The notes: generated from the sequence alone by a model not told the origin. Shown: positions 17,687 through 26,518, counted from the stretch's first letter. The stretch: DNA of 64,000 nt from Gemmatimonadota bacterium (GCA_039588275.1 JBDHAC010000002.1:21127-85126); one strand, 5' to 3'. Program-made: numbers and translations.

Positions 17687-18507
17687 GTCCCGACTCCACG
17701 GCCCGCGTCAGCGGCGTCGCCATCGGTGGGGCCGAGCCGCTCCGCCGCCGTGAGTCTTGCCAGATAGCCGCCGGCTTCACCCTCGAAGACGACGTCGCAG
17801 CTCCAGCCCGCGCGTTCCGCATGCGCGGCGAGCGTACCCATGTCCACGTACAGCTCGCGAAACGGGGCGCCCCGGTGTCTGCGGTATTCGAGCTCGATCC
17901 ACGCCTCACCCCGGTATCCCGCGTCCGTCGGGGGCCAGCGCGCTGCGGCGCGTGGGTCGACCTCGCCGACGACGATCGCTTCTCCCGAGTCCACGAGGAG
18001 TTGCCCGCCCGAGGCTACCAGACGGTGCGCGTGGGTGAGGAATCCGTCGAGGCCGAAGAGGGTCCCGACGGGCCCGATCCCGTTCATCAGCATGAGTACG
18101 GTGTCGAAGCGATCACCCGCCCATGTCTTGAAATTGGCCCGCAATCGTCGTCGGACGCCGAGGGCGCGCTGGATCTCGGTCAACTTCGGCAGGATCTCCA
18201 GCGCCGTCACGTCGATTCCGCGCGCCTGCAGCTCGAGTGAGTGGATGCCGGTCCCCGCGCCGACGTCCAGCGTCCGGCCGCGGCATAGCTCGAGCGCGTA
18301 CGTCTCGAACGGAAAGAAGTCCGCCGGCTGGCGGAAGAACAGAGCGGCGGGCAGCTCGTCCACCTCGCCGAGACTGCTGCGCAGGGTGAGCGTCGCCGCC
18401 TCGATTCCCGCGTGGTAGTCGGTCAGCGCGCGCGCGTACGGGTGGAGCGCGGCGAGCCGATCGGCATCACCGAGGTCATCTGTACCGGAATCGTTCGTCG
18501 TACGCAC
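17683..18507 (-). CDS. class I SAM-dependent methyltransferase
   Basis: Motif I is RTLDVGAGTGIHSLELQARG, followed by DVTALEI. The C-terminal ~100 aa have no obvious family. GTG start; ATGA overlap with the downstream M14 gene. Confidence 0.75.
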   Translation of the reverse strand: MRTTNDSGTDDLGDADRLAALHPYARALTDYHAGIEAATLTLRSSLGEVDELPAALFFRQPADFFPFETYALELCRGRTLDVGAGTGIHSLELQARGIDVTALEILPKLTEIQRALGVRRRLRANFKTWAGDRFDTVLMLMNGIGPVGTLFGLDGFLTHAHRLVASGGQLLVDSGEAIVVGEVDPRAAARWPPTDAGYRGEAWIELEYRRHRGAPFRELYVDMGTLAAHAERAGWSCDVVFEGEAGGYLARLTAAERLGPTDGDAADAGRGVGT

Positions 18508-18613
18508 GCCGAACGATACGGGGCCGTCGCGGACGACCGACAGCCTCTTGCGCTCCGCCGCGGCGCGGGTCTGTTTGAATCTCGTCGGCTCCGCAGACGA
18601 CCTGGAGGTGAAG

Positions 18614-19093
18614 GTGGATCGACGCGACTACGTCATGCGGCTCATCGAGCAGGTGGGGCAGATGCTCCTGGCACTGCGTCGTCGAATCCTCGCGCGTGAA
18701 GTGACTACCTCCGAGACTCGGGAGGAACTGCGGGCAGCGGCGCGGGCCGGCGGACTCGACTACGATCTCGCGCGAGCGATGACCCCGGACACGCTCCTGC
18801 TCATGGTCGCACCGGGTGGCGAGGTCGATCCCGGCCGTTGTTGGTTGCTGGCCGAGATGTTCTACCTCGAGGGCGTCGAGGCGGAGCTCGTCGGGCAGGT
18901 GGGCGAGGCCCGCGACAGCCTGGAGAGGGCCGCATTCCTGTTCGGTATGCTCCAGCCGATCGCGGGCAACCTGGTGGGGCTACCGGAGTCTGCACCGCGG
19001 ATCGAGGAGATCGAACGGCGGTTGACCGGCCTGCCGCCGGGACACCGTCGCATGGTTGCCGCCGGCGCACGCCTAGCCGCGGGCGCGCGCTAG
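18614..19093 (+). CDS. hypothetical protein
   Basis: Helical-looking sequence (MRLIEQVGQMLLALRRRILAREVTTSETREELRAAARAGGLDYDLARAMTPDTLL...WLLAEMFYLEGVEAELVG). The start is ambiguous: GTG at 18608 or 18614 next to GGAGG, or ATG at 18635. Confidence 0.45.
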   Translation: MDRRDYVMRLIEQVGQMLLALRRRILAREVTTSETREELRAAARAGGLDYDLARAMTPDTLLLMVAPGGEVDPGRCWLLAEMFYLEGVEAELVGQVGEARDSLERAAFLFGMLQPIAGNLVGLPESAPRIEEIERRLTGLPPGHRRMVAAGARLAAGAR

Positions 19094-19217
19094 TCGCGGG
19101 CGCAAGCTAGCCCCGGGCGCAGGCCAGCCGCCGACGCCCGGAGGGCGGGCGCCGGCGTTTGACCCGGACGTGATCGCTCGGGTGTCGTGTTGTCCGGCTA
19201 ACGCGGGACCTCTCGAG

Positions 19218-20330
19218 CTACAGCACCACCCCCAGGAGGATGATGGCGCCGGCCGGGGCCAACAGCTCGCCGAAGAACTCGAACAGGCCCTCCATCACCT
19301 CGAGAATGTGACCGAGCACCTGTTGCTCGTCCGCACTCAGCGGCTCGCCCCCCGCACCCAGGATCTCAGGATTCACCGGGTCACCGGTGGCCGTAGCGAA
19401 CAACTCGCCGTTAACGCGAAACTCGGCTGCGATCTCCTCATCGCTCCCGGTGACGTCGATCTGGATCGATTCCTCGCCGTGACGCACGAAGACCTGGATC
19501 TCGCCCGAGTCGCTTCCGTCCGTCTCCATCCCGGAGACCGAGACATCGACCTCGAAGCCGCGCGAGGCAATCTCGACGTGGACATCCAGGTCGAAGGTCT
19601 GCTCGGTACCGCTGGCGCCCACGATGTCGAGCTCGAAGTCGAGCCGATGCTCGGCATCGCGGACATACCCGTCAACATCGATGGCCCCGGATGTGTCATT
19701 GCCCTCCAGGCTGACCGAGTACTCGAGGAAGGTCTCACCGTCCGACACCACGGTCAGCCGCAGAGCTATCCCGGACGTCGAGTCACCTTCGTCGACCAGG
19801 TCCGCGTGCCCGATCTCATCCTCGAGCAGCGGCTCGCCGGTGACCGGGTTCACACCGTAGAGGATGAAGCGAACGCCGTTCGCCGGCGCATCGGTCCGAG
19901 CCGGGTCGGGCGTGTACTCGCCCGTCGCCGGGTCGATCACGAACGTGGTGCCGCGCGCCCCCGGCGAGATCACCGGAATGCTGCTGACGGCCACCGCGAG
20001 GCGCCGCGCGGCCGTGACCGTTACGTCACTTCCCAAGGCGGCCCCCAACCCGGCAGGTTCGGTGGCGACCGGAGCGGGCGCCACCGCGGCACTGGCGCTC
20101 GCGAGGTCGAAGCGAACGCCGAGCGCCTCGAAGCTTCGCCACGCCGGGGTCTGGAAGACGGCTTCCAGGGCGTCGAGGTTCGCGTCCACCGTCGCGGCAT
20201 CGAACTCGCCTCCGCTTCCCGGCCCGGTCGGGTCGTCCGAGCACCCGCCCGCTACGGCCGTCGCGAGCGCGAGCAGCGCGCTGCGCGCCGCGGAGGCTCC
20301 CCGGTTGGTACGGCTGTCCCACCTCATCAT
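19218..20330 (-). CDS. hypothetical lipoprotein (370 aa)
   Basis: Lipobox LLALATAVAGGCSD. The acidic, beta-rich body contains repeated DV..G..E blocks. ATGA overlap with the upstream CpxP-like gene. Last gene of the ECF sigma operon. Confidence 0.6.
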   Translation of the reverse strand: MMRWDSRTNRGASAARSALLALATAVAGGCSDDPTGPGSGGEFDAATVDANLDALEAVFQTPAWRSFEALGVRFDLASASAAVAPAPVATEPAGLGAALGSDVTVTAARRLAVAVSSIPVISPGARGTTFVIDPATGEYTPDPARTDAPANGVRFILYGVNPVTGEPLLEDEIGHADLVDEGDSTSGIALRLTVVSDGETFLEYSVSLEGNDTSGAIDVDGYVRDAEHRLDFELDIVGASGTEQTFDLDVHVEIASRGFEVDVSVSGMETDGSDSGEIQVFVRHGEESIQIDVTGSDEEIAAEFRVNGELFATATGDPVNPEILGAGGEPLSADEQQVLGHILEVMEGLFEFFGELLAPAGAIILLGVVL

Positions 20331-20767
20331 CCGTCTCCTCTCAACGAACGAAGCCGGTCCTGTTGCTCCGGCGTCAGGATGTTCTTGATCGTGATCAGGA
20401 GCGCGAGCTGAGCCCGTTTGATCATGCGCTCCGTGGTGAGAACCCGGTCCACCTGCTCCAGTGCGGCAGCCTCATCCACCCGTGGTCGGTCCAGCAACTC
20501 GACGAGCGTCTGCGAGGCCTCCAGCATATCCCATTCGAGATCCACGACGTTGCGCTGCAGCTCGCGGATCGATTCCGATATCCTCGTCCACTGTTCACGC
20601 GTCAGGTCGATCGTCTGCCGGTGCTGCATCACCAGCTCGGGCGCGAACAAGGTTCGGGCGACCTGATCTTCCCCCTGCGATTCCACCTGCGATTCTTGGG
20701 CCACGGCGGGCGTGACGAAGAGCACCGTCACCAACAACCCGAACAACCACTTGCGTTTATGGGTCAT
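20327..20767 (-). CDS. periplasmic Spy/CpxP-family (LTxxQ) protein
   Basis: Signal peptide MTHKRKWLFGLLVTVLFVTPAVAQ and two LTxxQ motifs (LTREQW, LTPEQQDRL). Confidence 0.65.
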   Translation of the reverse strand: MTHKRKWLFGLLVTVLFVTPAVAQESQVESQGEDQVARTLFAPELVMQHRQTIDLTREQWTRISESIRELQRNVVDLEWDMLEASQTLVELLDRPRVDEAAALEQVDRVLTTERMIKRAQLALLITIKNILTPEQQDRLRSLRGDG

Positions 20768-21204
20768 GATGGAGTCCTTCCTGGGTCTTCCATGTCGAGG
20801 CCGTCGATTCGGTCACGGACTGCAGGATCTGTCGGCGCGGTGGGACGCAGGGACCGGCCGATCGCCGGGATACCACGCCACGATCGGGCGGCCGGCCGCT
20901 CGAGCAGAAAGTCCGTCGGCGAGTGCCACACGGCCGACGTTCGCTGGAGCTCCGCGGCGAGCGCTCCGGTATCGCCACCGGGCGCCATGAATCGGGCGAG
21001 CCGGAGTCCGCCAAGCGCGAGGAGCAGGATCACCGCCGCCGCACCCACCAGTCGGAGCGCTCCTACGCGGTGCCCATCGGCGGGCCGCCGAGTCTGGCGG
21101 CGACTCATGACCTGATCGAACCCGGGGGCGGCGCGGCGCTCCTCGTCCCGGAGACGCCCGAACGCCCGTCGAAGCCCATCATCGTCATGTCTCGTCCTGC
21201 GCAT
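20764..21204 (-). CDS. putative single-pass anti-sigma factor
   Basis: ATG at 21204 lies 20 nt after the sigma-factor stop. It has a charged N-terminal ~50 aa, one TM (ALRLVGAAAVILLLALGGLRLA) and a periplasmic tail. The assignment rests on position downstream of an ECF sigma; there is no HxxxCxxC motif. Confidence 0.45.
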   Translation of the reverse strand: MRRTRHDDDGLRRAFGRLRDEERRAAPGFDQVMSRRQTRRPADGHRVGALRLVGAAAVILLLALGGLRLARFMAPGGDTGALAAELQRTSAVWHSPTDFLLERPAARSWRGIPAIGRSLRPTAPTDPAVRDRIDGLDMEDPGRTPS

Positions 21205-21224
21205 CGAGCCGCTCCCTTCAGCAC

Positions 21225-21829
21225 TCACGGTCCGGCCGCTTTCGGCTCGAGTATCCGCCGGAGACGTTTCTTGCCCCTCTCGTAGTGCGTGCGCGCCGTG
21301 CCCACCGAGGTCCCCATCACCGCCGCCGCCTCCTCGATCGTCATGTCCTGATAGAAAACCAGGTGCAGGACCTGACCTTGTCGGGTCGAGAGCCGGCCCA
21401 CGGCGTCGGCCAGCCTGGCTGACTCCTCGGATCGGATGATCGCCTGCGAGGGGTCCTCCCCGGCCGTTCGATCGCCCGCGGCCCATGCCGCCACCTGGCG
21501 CAGGCGGTGCCGCCTTCTTCTCTCCTGTGCCGTCCTACGAATCACACCGAACAGGAACGTGCGAAAGTGGAGCGTCCTTCGAAGCGAGCGCGCCCGTCGA
21601 GCACCTTCAGGTACGTATCCTGGAGGACATCGGCCGCCTCCGGCTCATCTCCCCGGCAGCAACTGAGCGCCCACCCGAAGCTCGCCTCGTGGTGCCGCGC
21701 CAGTTTCGCCTCCAACCCGGTCCCGCGGCCCGAGCCGGTGTCGGCCGCTGAGCGCCTATCGGCTGGCCCGCGGCTGTTGGCCGGGGTGCGAGTCTCGGCG
21801 CGGGCGTCCCGGTTCGCCTCGGTTGTCAT
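21225..21829 (-). pseudogene. ECF (group 4) sigma-70 factor with its reading frame broken by a 1-nt shift near 21564-21568
   Basis: The upstream frame (ATG 21829) gives ...[44 protein letters not shown], then stops 5 codons later. The -1 frame continues [19 protein letters not shown]...LSTRQGQVLHLVFYQDMTIEEAAAVMGTSVGTARTHYERGKKRLRRIL. Joined, they make a complete region 2 plus region 4 ECF sigma of about 200 aa. Confidence 0.75.
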
Positions 21830-22022
21830 GACGCTCGGTCGAAGTTCATCCCACGGCTCTCCGTCCGAAGGAACGGACCCACAGGAAACGGATCCAGGGG
21901 AGCGGCCCCGATCGAACGACGCACCATGGGTGTGTGTCGTCACGGGCGCGTTCATATGACAGCGGCCGACATCGACCCCCGCTGATCCCCGGGAGACCTC
22001 CCGGACCGAGGTATGGGACCGC

Positions 22023-22466
22023 TCAGGTGGCTTCACGGTCCGCCCCGTCGTGTGGAGTCGCGCACAGCTCGTACGCCTCGCGCTCGAAGCCGTTGTCGCG
22101 GTAGGCATCCTCCCCGCGGATCGCCGCCCATGCGCTGCTCGACAGGTAGGCGGGGATGAATAGCGGTCCCCAGCGCTCGCATTGACGGACATGGACGCGC
22201 TCGTGAGCGCGTGTCGCGTCCAGATCGGGATCGGTTCGCGCGAGCACCACATGCCCGAGCGTGAGCGCCCGTGCTCCGCCCGGGATGGGGACCGCAGCAC
22301 GGAGGAGGAGTGGAAGCAGACCGCCGGACGCCTCGATCGCCCCCGTCCGCAGGTGCAACCTGCCTCCGGTCAAGGCCGCCAGCAGCGCGATGACGAGGCC
22401 GAGGGCCGTGGTCGGTGAGGCCCATGCGTAACGCAGGGCGCGAACGAGCCATGATTGGGGCTTCAG
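22023..22466 (-). CDS. conserved hypothetical membrane-anchored HExxH protein
   Basis: It contains [14 protein letters not shown]...[23 protein letters not shown] (HERVH = HExxH). The track start (TTG 22373) cuts off an in-frame hydrophobic segment, [21 protein letters not shown]. The only upstream initiator in frame is CTG at 22466, which has GGAGAGG 7 nt upstream and overlaps the YggU stop. The 5' end is therefore uncertain. Confidence 0.5.
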   Translation of the reverse strand: MKPQSWLVRALRYAWASPTTALGLVIALLAALTGGRLHLRTGAIEASGGLLPLLLRAAVPIPGGARALTLGHVVLARTDPDLDATRAHERVHVRQCERWGPLFIPAYLSSSAWAAIRGEDAYRDNGFEREAYELCATPHDGADREAT

Positions 22467-22756
22467 CGTCCCGCCTCTCCGAGCACCTGCCGCAGGCTGT
22501 CCGGGTCGATCCCGATCACCTCTACCACCTTGCTGCGTGATCGTTCGCCGCGTGCAATGCGGACACTGGACTTCGGAACCCCGAGTGCTCGCGAGAGGAA
22601 AGCGATCAGCGCCGTGTTGGCCGCACCTTCGACCGGGGGCGCGGTGAGACGGATCTTGATCGCGTCGCCATGCGATCCGGCGAGCTCGTTTCTGGACGCA
22701 CGAGGTTGTACGCGAACGGTGAAGCGAACTCCGTCCCCGATCGACTCGATCTTCAC
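22463..22756 (-). CDS. yggU: DUF167 / YggU-family protein
   Basis: 97 aa. VRVQPRASRNELAGSHGDAIKIRLTAPPVEGAANTALIAFLSRALGVPKSSVRIARGERSRSKVVEV is the canonical YggU pattern. Confidence 0.85.
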   Translation of the reverse strand: MKIESIGDGVRFTVRVQPRASRNELAGSHGDAIKIRLTAPPVEGAANTALIAFLSRALGVPKSSVRIARGERSRSKVVEVIGIDPDSLRQVLGEAGR

Positions 22757-22808
22757 GGACTCGGGGGGAGCGATGGCGGCGCCTCGACGACCGGGCTCCG
22801 GGAGAGTG

Positions 22809-23390
22809 TCAGCTGTTCGGCAAAGGCTCCAGGCCGGGTGCGACGCATGTATGCGTCAGCTCCCGGCCGTCGTCGTAGCGCACGGTGATATGCCCCAGAC
22901 CCCAATCGGCCTCGGGATCCAACGCCACCACGGTCCCCGCATTGCCCCATGAGTCGGCGACGCGCTGACCGACGTCGAACTCCGCTTCCACCATCGCCTC
23001 GTGCAGCCCCCCGCGCGGCGCGCCTGCTATCGCCGGGTCCACCCTGGACTCCTCCAGCACCACACCGCCGTCGGGCGTGATGGAGTAGGCCTCGCCCCCT
23101 TCTCCCACGACGCGGGCTGACAGGGTGGTAGCCAGCCGGATCATCTTGCTGACCAGAGCCTGGTCCGGGTTCTTTGTGAACACGCTGCCCTGCGACCAGT
23201 CGAGCCACGGCTCCACCAGCATCGACTCGCCGGACCACCGGGCAAAATACGGCCCCATGCTCGCGACGAGCTCGAGCTCGGGATCGGCGTGGACGACCTC
23301 GAGCCACTCCTCCGGCTCGATCGGTAGACTCGCCCCGTTTACCCCGCAATCGGCCCGCGTGATTTGCAGATCGTAGCCCATCGGCTGCAT
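22809..23390 (-). CDS. hypothetical two-domain protein
   Basis: I prefer the ATG at 23390 (MQPMGYDLQITR...). The N-terminal part (IEPEEWLEVVHADPELE...FTKNPDQALVSKMIRLATTLSARVVGEGGEAY) resembles an uncharacterised family I have seen in high-GC bacteria. The C-terminal part (GQRVADSWGNAGTVVALD...ITVRYDDGRE) looks SH3/Tudor-like. Confidence 0.5.
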   Translation of the reverse strand: MQPMGYDLQITRADCGVNGASLPIEPEEWLEVVHADPELELVASMGPYFARWSGESMLVEPWLDWSQGSVFTKNPDQALVSKMIRLATTLSARVVGEGGEAYSITPDGGVVLEESRVDPAIAGAPRGGLHEAMVEAEFDVGQRVADSWGNAGTVVALDPEADWGLGHITVRYDDGRELTHTCVAPGLEPLPNS

Positions 23391-23555
23391 CCCAAAGCCC
23401 TTCCGCACCACCACCAACCCCGCTACGAGCGGGGCGCATGCCCGCCAGCTCGAAGCTGGTGGCGCAAGCGGCATGCCGGTGGTAGGGCGGTCCCGGCTCG
23501 CGATGGAGGCTACAGAGGGGCGACGAGCGCGGGCGTGGGCCGCCAGGCTCGAGCT

Positions 23556-23762
23556 TCAGCCGCTCCTCCACTTCATGTACTCGAACACGGTTCGGCACCG
23601 GTGGCAGTAATACTGGCTCGTCGAGAGCGCCGAGCCGAACGCCGCGAACTGCTGCGTGTCGGTGCCTCCGCAGAACGGGCACTCGACCGCCTCGGGCAGC
23701 TCCTGATTGGGCCTCGCGTCCGGATTCACAGGGGTCGGAATACCCGGGTCGTCGGGTTGCAT
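23556..23762 (-). CDS. stand-alone zinc-ribbon protein matching the C-terminal half of PaaD
   Basis: 68 aa from the ATG at 23762. VECPFCGGTDTQQFAAFGSALSTSQYYCHRCRTVFEYMKW parallels the CPxCGSxxT...FGST.C...Y.C..C.EPFDYFK tail of phenylacetyl-CoA epoxidase subunit D. It lies 7 nt downstream of the paaC-like stop. Confidence 0.6.
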   Translation of the reverse strand: MQPDDPGIPTPVNPDARPNQELPEAVECPFCGGTDTQQFAAFGSALSTSQYYCHRCRTVFEYMKWRSG

Positions 23763-23769
23763 CGCGGCC

Positions 23770-24606
23770 TCAATCCATGAGAAGAGTGCGGTTCCGATCT
23801 CCGCGCACTCGGGCGAGCGTATCCGGGTCGGGTCCACCGTCCGATCGGCGTCTCCGCTCGGTGCTCCAGTCGGTCCAGTCGATGTCGGTCGAGCTGACCC
23901 ACACACCGTCCGAGTCCCGTTCCGCGAGACCGATGCCGGCGGCATCGAGGATGGGACCTACGCGCTCGAGCCACTGGGTCCGGAGCTCATCCGGTCGGCT
24001 CGACGTCACACCGGCCTCGGCGAGAGTGTTTCCGAGCGGGTCGTCGGTCGGACCGTACGCACGCATGCAGGCCTGCCAGGCCGATCCGAGCGCGTCGCGC
24101 AACGCCCCCCGTCCGGCATCGGTCATCGCCAGGCGCACTACCCAACCGCGGGCGTGCTCGAAGTGAAAGCGCTCCTCATCCAGCAACTTGCGAGCCTTGT
24201 AGTGGATCGGCTCGAAGCGGCTCGACTCCATCGCCTCGAACTGCACGGAGAGCGCGGTGTCGAGCAGGAGGTTGAGCGCGAGCAGCTCCGGCCACGATTC
24301 GACCGATGCATCCAGTAGCTCGGAGCTATGGTAGCCCTCCGCCTCGCGCTCGTGCTCGAGCGCGCTCGGGTCCAGGCCGAAGTCCTTCAGCATCGCGTAC
24401 ACGATGCGCCCGTGGCCCCATTCGTCCTGCGCCATGGCGGAACAGGCGATCCCCGCTTCGACGGATGGCGCTCCGAGGATCCAGTCGGAGTAACGGATCC
24501 CGAGCACACGCTTGTTGTCCGCCAGGGTGAGCAGCAGATCTCGCAGGTGATCGCGGACTTCGGACGGAAGATCCGCGGCCGTCGGAAAACCGGCGCGCTC
24601 GTTCAT
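23770..24606 (-). CDS. paaC: 1,2-phenylacetyl-CoA epoxidase subunit C-like (PaaC/PaaI ferritin-like)
   Basis: 278 aa. LLLTLADNKRVLGIRYSDWILGAPSVEAGIACSAMAQDEWGHGRIVYAMLKDFG is typical of PaaC. ATGA overlap with paaB. Confidence 0.75.
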   Translation of the reverse strand: MNERAGFPTAADLPSEVRDHLRDLLLTLADNKRVLGIRYSDWILGAPSVEAGIACSAMAQDEWGHGRIVYAMLKDFGLDPSALEHEREAEGYHSSELLDASVESWPELLALNLLLDTALSVQFEAMESSRFEPIHYKARKLLDEERFHFEHARGWVVRLAMTDAGRGALRDALGSAWQACMRAYGPTDDPLGNTLAEAGVTSSRPDELRTQWLERVGPILDAAGIGLAERDSDGVWVSSTDIDWTDWSTERRRRSDGGPDPDTLARVRGDRNRTLLMD

Positions 24607-24917
24607 GGCTCCTCTTCGCTCACGGCATGACCATACGCGGGTACGCCGACTTCATCCGCGGCCGATCCTTCGCCCACCGGCGGCGCTCCTCCGAGCGTGA
24701 AAGGGGCCTGTGTCCGGTTCACGGCCTCGAACGCATCGCGCGGAGCCACCGCCATCTCGAACCACTTCTGCTCATCGTAGGTCTGCCAGGCGTACACCCT
24801 GGCGAGATCTGAATTCGGCGCGGTCACGGAACCGATGTGCTGGAACGGATCGGCCCGGTCCTTCCGGGTGAAGACTTCGTAGATGCGCTCGTCCGTCGGG
24901 GAATTCGCGTTCGCCAT
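24603..24917 (-). CDS. paaB: 1,2-phenylacetyl-CoA epoxidase subunit B-like
   Basis: 104 aa from the ATG at 24917. YEVFTRKDRADPFQHIGSVTAPNSDLARVYAWQTYDEQKWFEMAVAPRDAF is the PaaB signature. The 290-aa track ORF is a spurious extension. Confidence 0.85.
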   Translation of the reverse strand: MANANSPTDERIYEVFTRKDRADPFQHIGSVTAPNSDLARVYAWQTYDEQKWFEMAVAPRDAFEAVNRTQAPFTLGGAPPVGEGSAADEVGVPAYGHAVSEEEP

Positions 24918-25423
24918 CAGACTGAAACTCCCGCGCGTCGCATGATCTCGCGACCGCGCTTGGTGATGCGGTCCGTCGTCCAGGGCGGATCCCACACGGT
25001 CTCGATCTCCACCTGCCTCACGCCCGGCTCGCGGAGCAGGCGCTCGCGCACATCCCACTTGATGAAGTCCATGCACGGGCAAGCGGTGGCCGTGAAGCTG
25101 ATCGAGACGGCCACCGAACCGGTCTCCGCGTCCGCCTCGACACCGTACACGAGCCCGAGATCGACGAGCGAAATGGGGAATTCGGGGTCGGATACTTCGT
25201 ACAGGGCCCGATGTGCCGCTTCGGCAAGGTCCGTCGGCGGCGACGCGAAGGCGGGCGGATCCGGCAATCGCATCCCTCCTCCCTGCGTCTCGCGCAGGAC
25301 AGCCGCGAAGTTCATCTCGTCCTCGCGCCGCTCCCGTCGGCCGGCAGCGGCGATCGGCAACCTCGAGCGCGCCTCCTCGTGCGCGGCGAGGACGGTTGAG
25401 CCCGGGCCCTCGGAATCGTCCAT
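24917..25423 (-). CDS. paaD: DUF59 (MIP18-like) protein matching the N-terminal half of PaaD
   Basis: ATG at 25423 overlaps the upstream stop. EVSDPEFPISLVDLGLVYGVEADAETGSVAVSISFTATACPCMDFIKWDVRERLLREPGVRQVEIETVWDPPWT is a DUF59 domain. No zinc ribbon follows it. Confidence 0.7.
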   Translation of the reverse strand: MDDSEGPGSTVLAAHEEARSRLPIAAAGRRERREDEMNFAAVLRETQGGGMRLPDPPAFASPPTDLAEAAHRALYEVSDPEFPISLVDLGLVYGVEADAETGSVAVSISFTATACPCMDFIKWDVRERLLREPGVRQVEIETVWDPPWTTDRITKRGREIMRRAGVSV

Positions 25424-26484
25424 CACGGGAAGTCGACCCGAAAGATCTCGAACACCTGCACGGGCTCCTCGGCACCGAGTCCAGAGAAGTGCGGATTCAC
25501 GGCCCAGACTGCATCGCCCCGCAGGGTCGCCGTCGTGGGCTGCGATGGGGTCGAGGCTCGCGCGGCGATCTCGGCCGTCTCCCATCCGTCCGTGCTCCGG
25601 AGGATCATGACCTCCGGTGAGGGCGACCCGTCGTCGGCGATCGAGCTACCCACCACCAGGAGGGTGCCATCCGGGCGCAATACGAGACCGTCGCCCACCA
25701 CGGGTTCGGAGAGGGTCACGTCGCTGAGCTGATCGGGGGCATCGAGCGGGACACGAACGAACGCTTGCGCCCCCATGACGGCCACCAGCAGGTATCCGTC
25801 CGGGTGGTAATCGATCCCGTTCAGCCCGACGGGATCGGCGGAGAAGCGTTCATCTTCGACGAGAACCGTGGCGTTGCCGTCCAAGTCGACCCGGTAGATC
25901 ACCGGTGCGAAGGAATCGGTGACGTACGCGGTGCCGTCGGGTCCGACGGTCATATCGTTGGCGAAGTGTCGCACCTCCGGCAGGAGCGCGCCCAGGTCGA
26001 CCATGTGCAGCCGCGCCCCGCTCTCGAGATCGTAGATGCCGAGCTTGGCCTGACCTGCAAATGCTGCATCCTGGAAGACCCCCAGATCGGAGTTCGCGAC
26101 CAGCAGGCGACCGTTCGCGGCGTCGATGTGAATCCCGATCGAACCGACGAGCTCCTCATCCTCGATGAACGGGCGGTGGGTCCCGTCGTCCCGGACCTCG
26201 GTGATGGTGCCCTGCGTCACGGACCCGACCAGGAAGCGACCGTTCGCCGCATCGAACTCGACGCCCTCCGGGTGTAGACCCGGTTCCTGGATGAGTAGCG
26301 TGTCCAACAGCGTCGCTTGACCGGGGTCGGCGCTCTCGGCCTCCGGCTCGGCATCCGGAGCTTCGCCGCATGCGAGCCCGAAGGGGAGCAACAAGGCCAG
26401 GAGCCGGCCCGTTCGCGCAGGCGCCGACGTCCGATGGCGGCTCTTCGTCGAAGCATCGGTCGGGATTGAGTCGAAGCGTTCCAT
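25423..26484 (-). CDS. exported beta-propeller lipoprotein (SMP-30/gluconolactonase/LRE-like)
   Basis: I prefer the ATG at 26484, with GAGAGGA 8 nt upstream. Lipobox LLALLLPFGLACGE. Repeated blade-like segments follow (PEGVEFDAANGRFLVGS, IGIHIDAANGRLLVAN, NDMTVGPDGTAYVTD, NGIDYHPDGYLLVA, DGLVLRPDGTLLVVG). Confidence 0.6.
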   Translation of the reverse strand: MERFDSIPTDASTKSRHRTSAPARTGRLLALLLPFGLACGEAPDAEPEAESADPGQATLLDTLLIQEPGLHPEGVEFDAANGRFLVGSVTQGTITEVRDDGTHRPFIEDEELVGSIGIHIDAANGRLLVANSDLGVFQDAAFAGQAKLGIYDLESGARLHMVDLGALLPEVRHFANDMTVGPDGTAYVTDSFAPVIYRVDLDGNATVLVEDERFSADPVGLNGIDYHPDGYLLVAVMGAQAFVRVPLDAPDQLSDVTLSEPVVGDGLVLRPDGTLLVVGSSIADDGSPSPEVMILRSTDGWETAEIAARASTPSQPTTATLRGDAVWAVNPHFSGLGAEEPVQVFEIFRVDFP

Positions 26485-26518
26485 GGGCGTGTCCTCTCGG
26501 TTGGGCATGCCGTGCGCC

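Noticed and set aside
21830-22300. Upstream 157 codons of the 252-aa ORF that contains the sigma-factor N terminus
   Set aside because: The composition is Ser/Arg/Thr-rich with no sigma-like sequence, and it overlaps the HExxH gene in another frame. The ATG at 21829 gives a normal-length ECF sigma.
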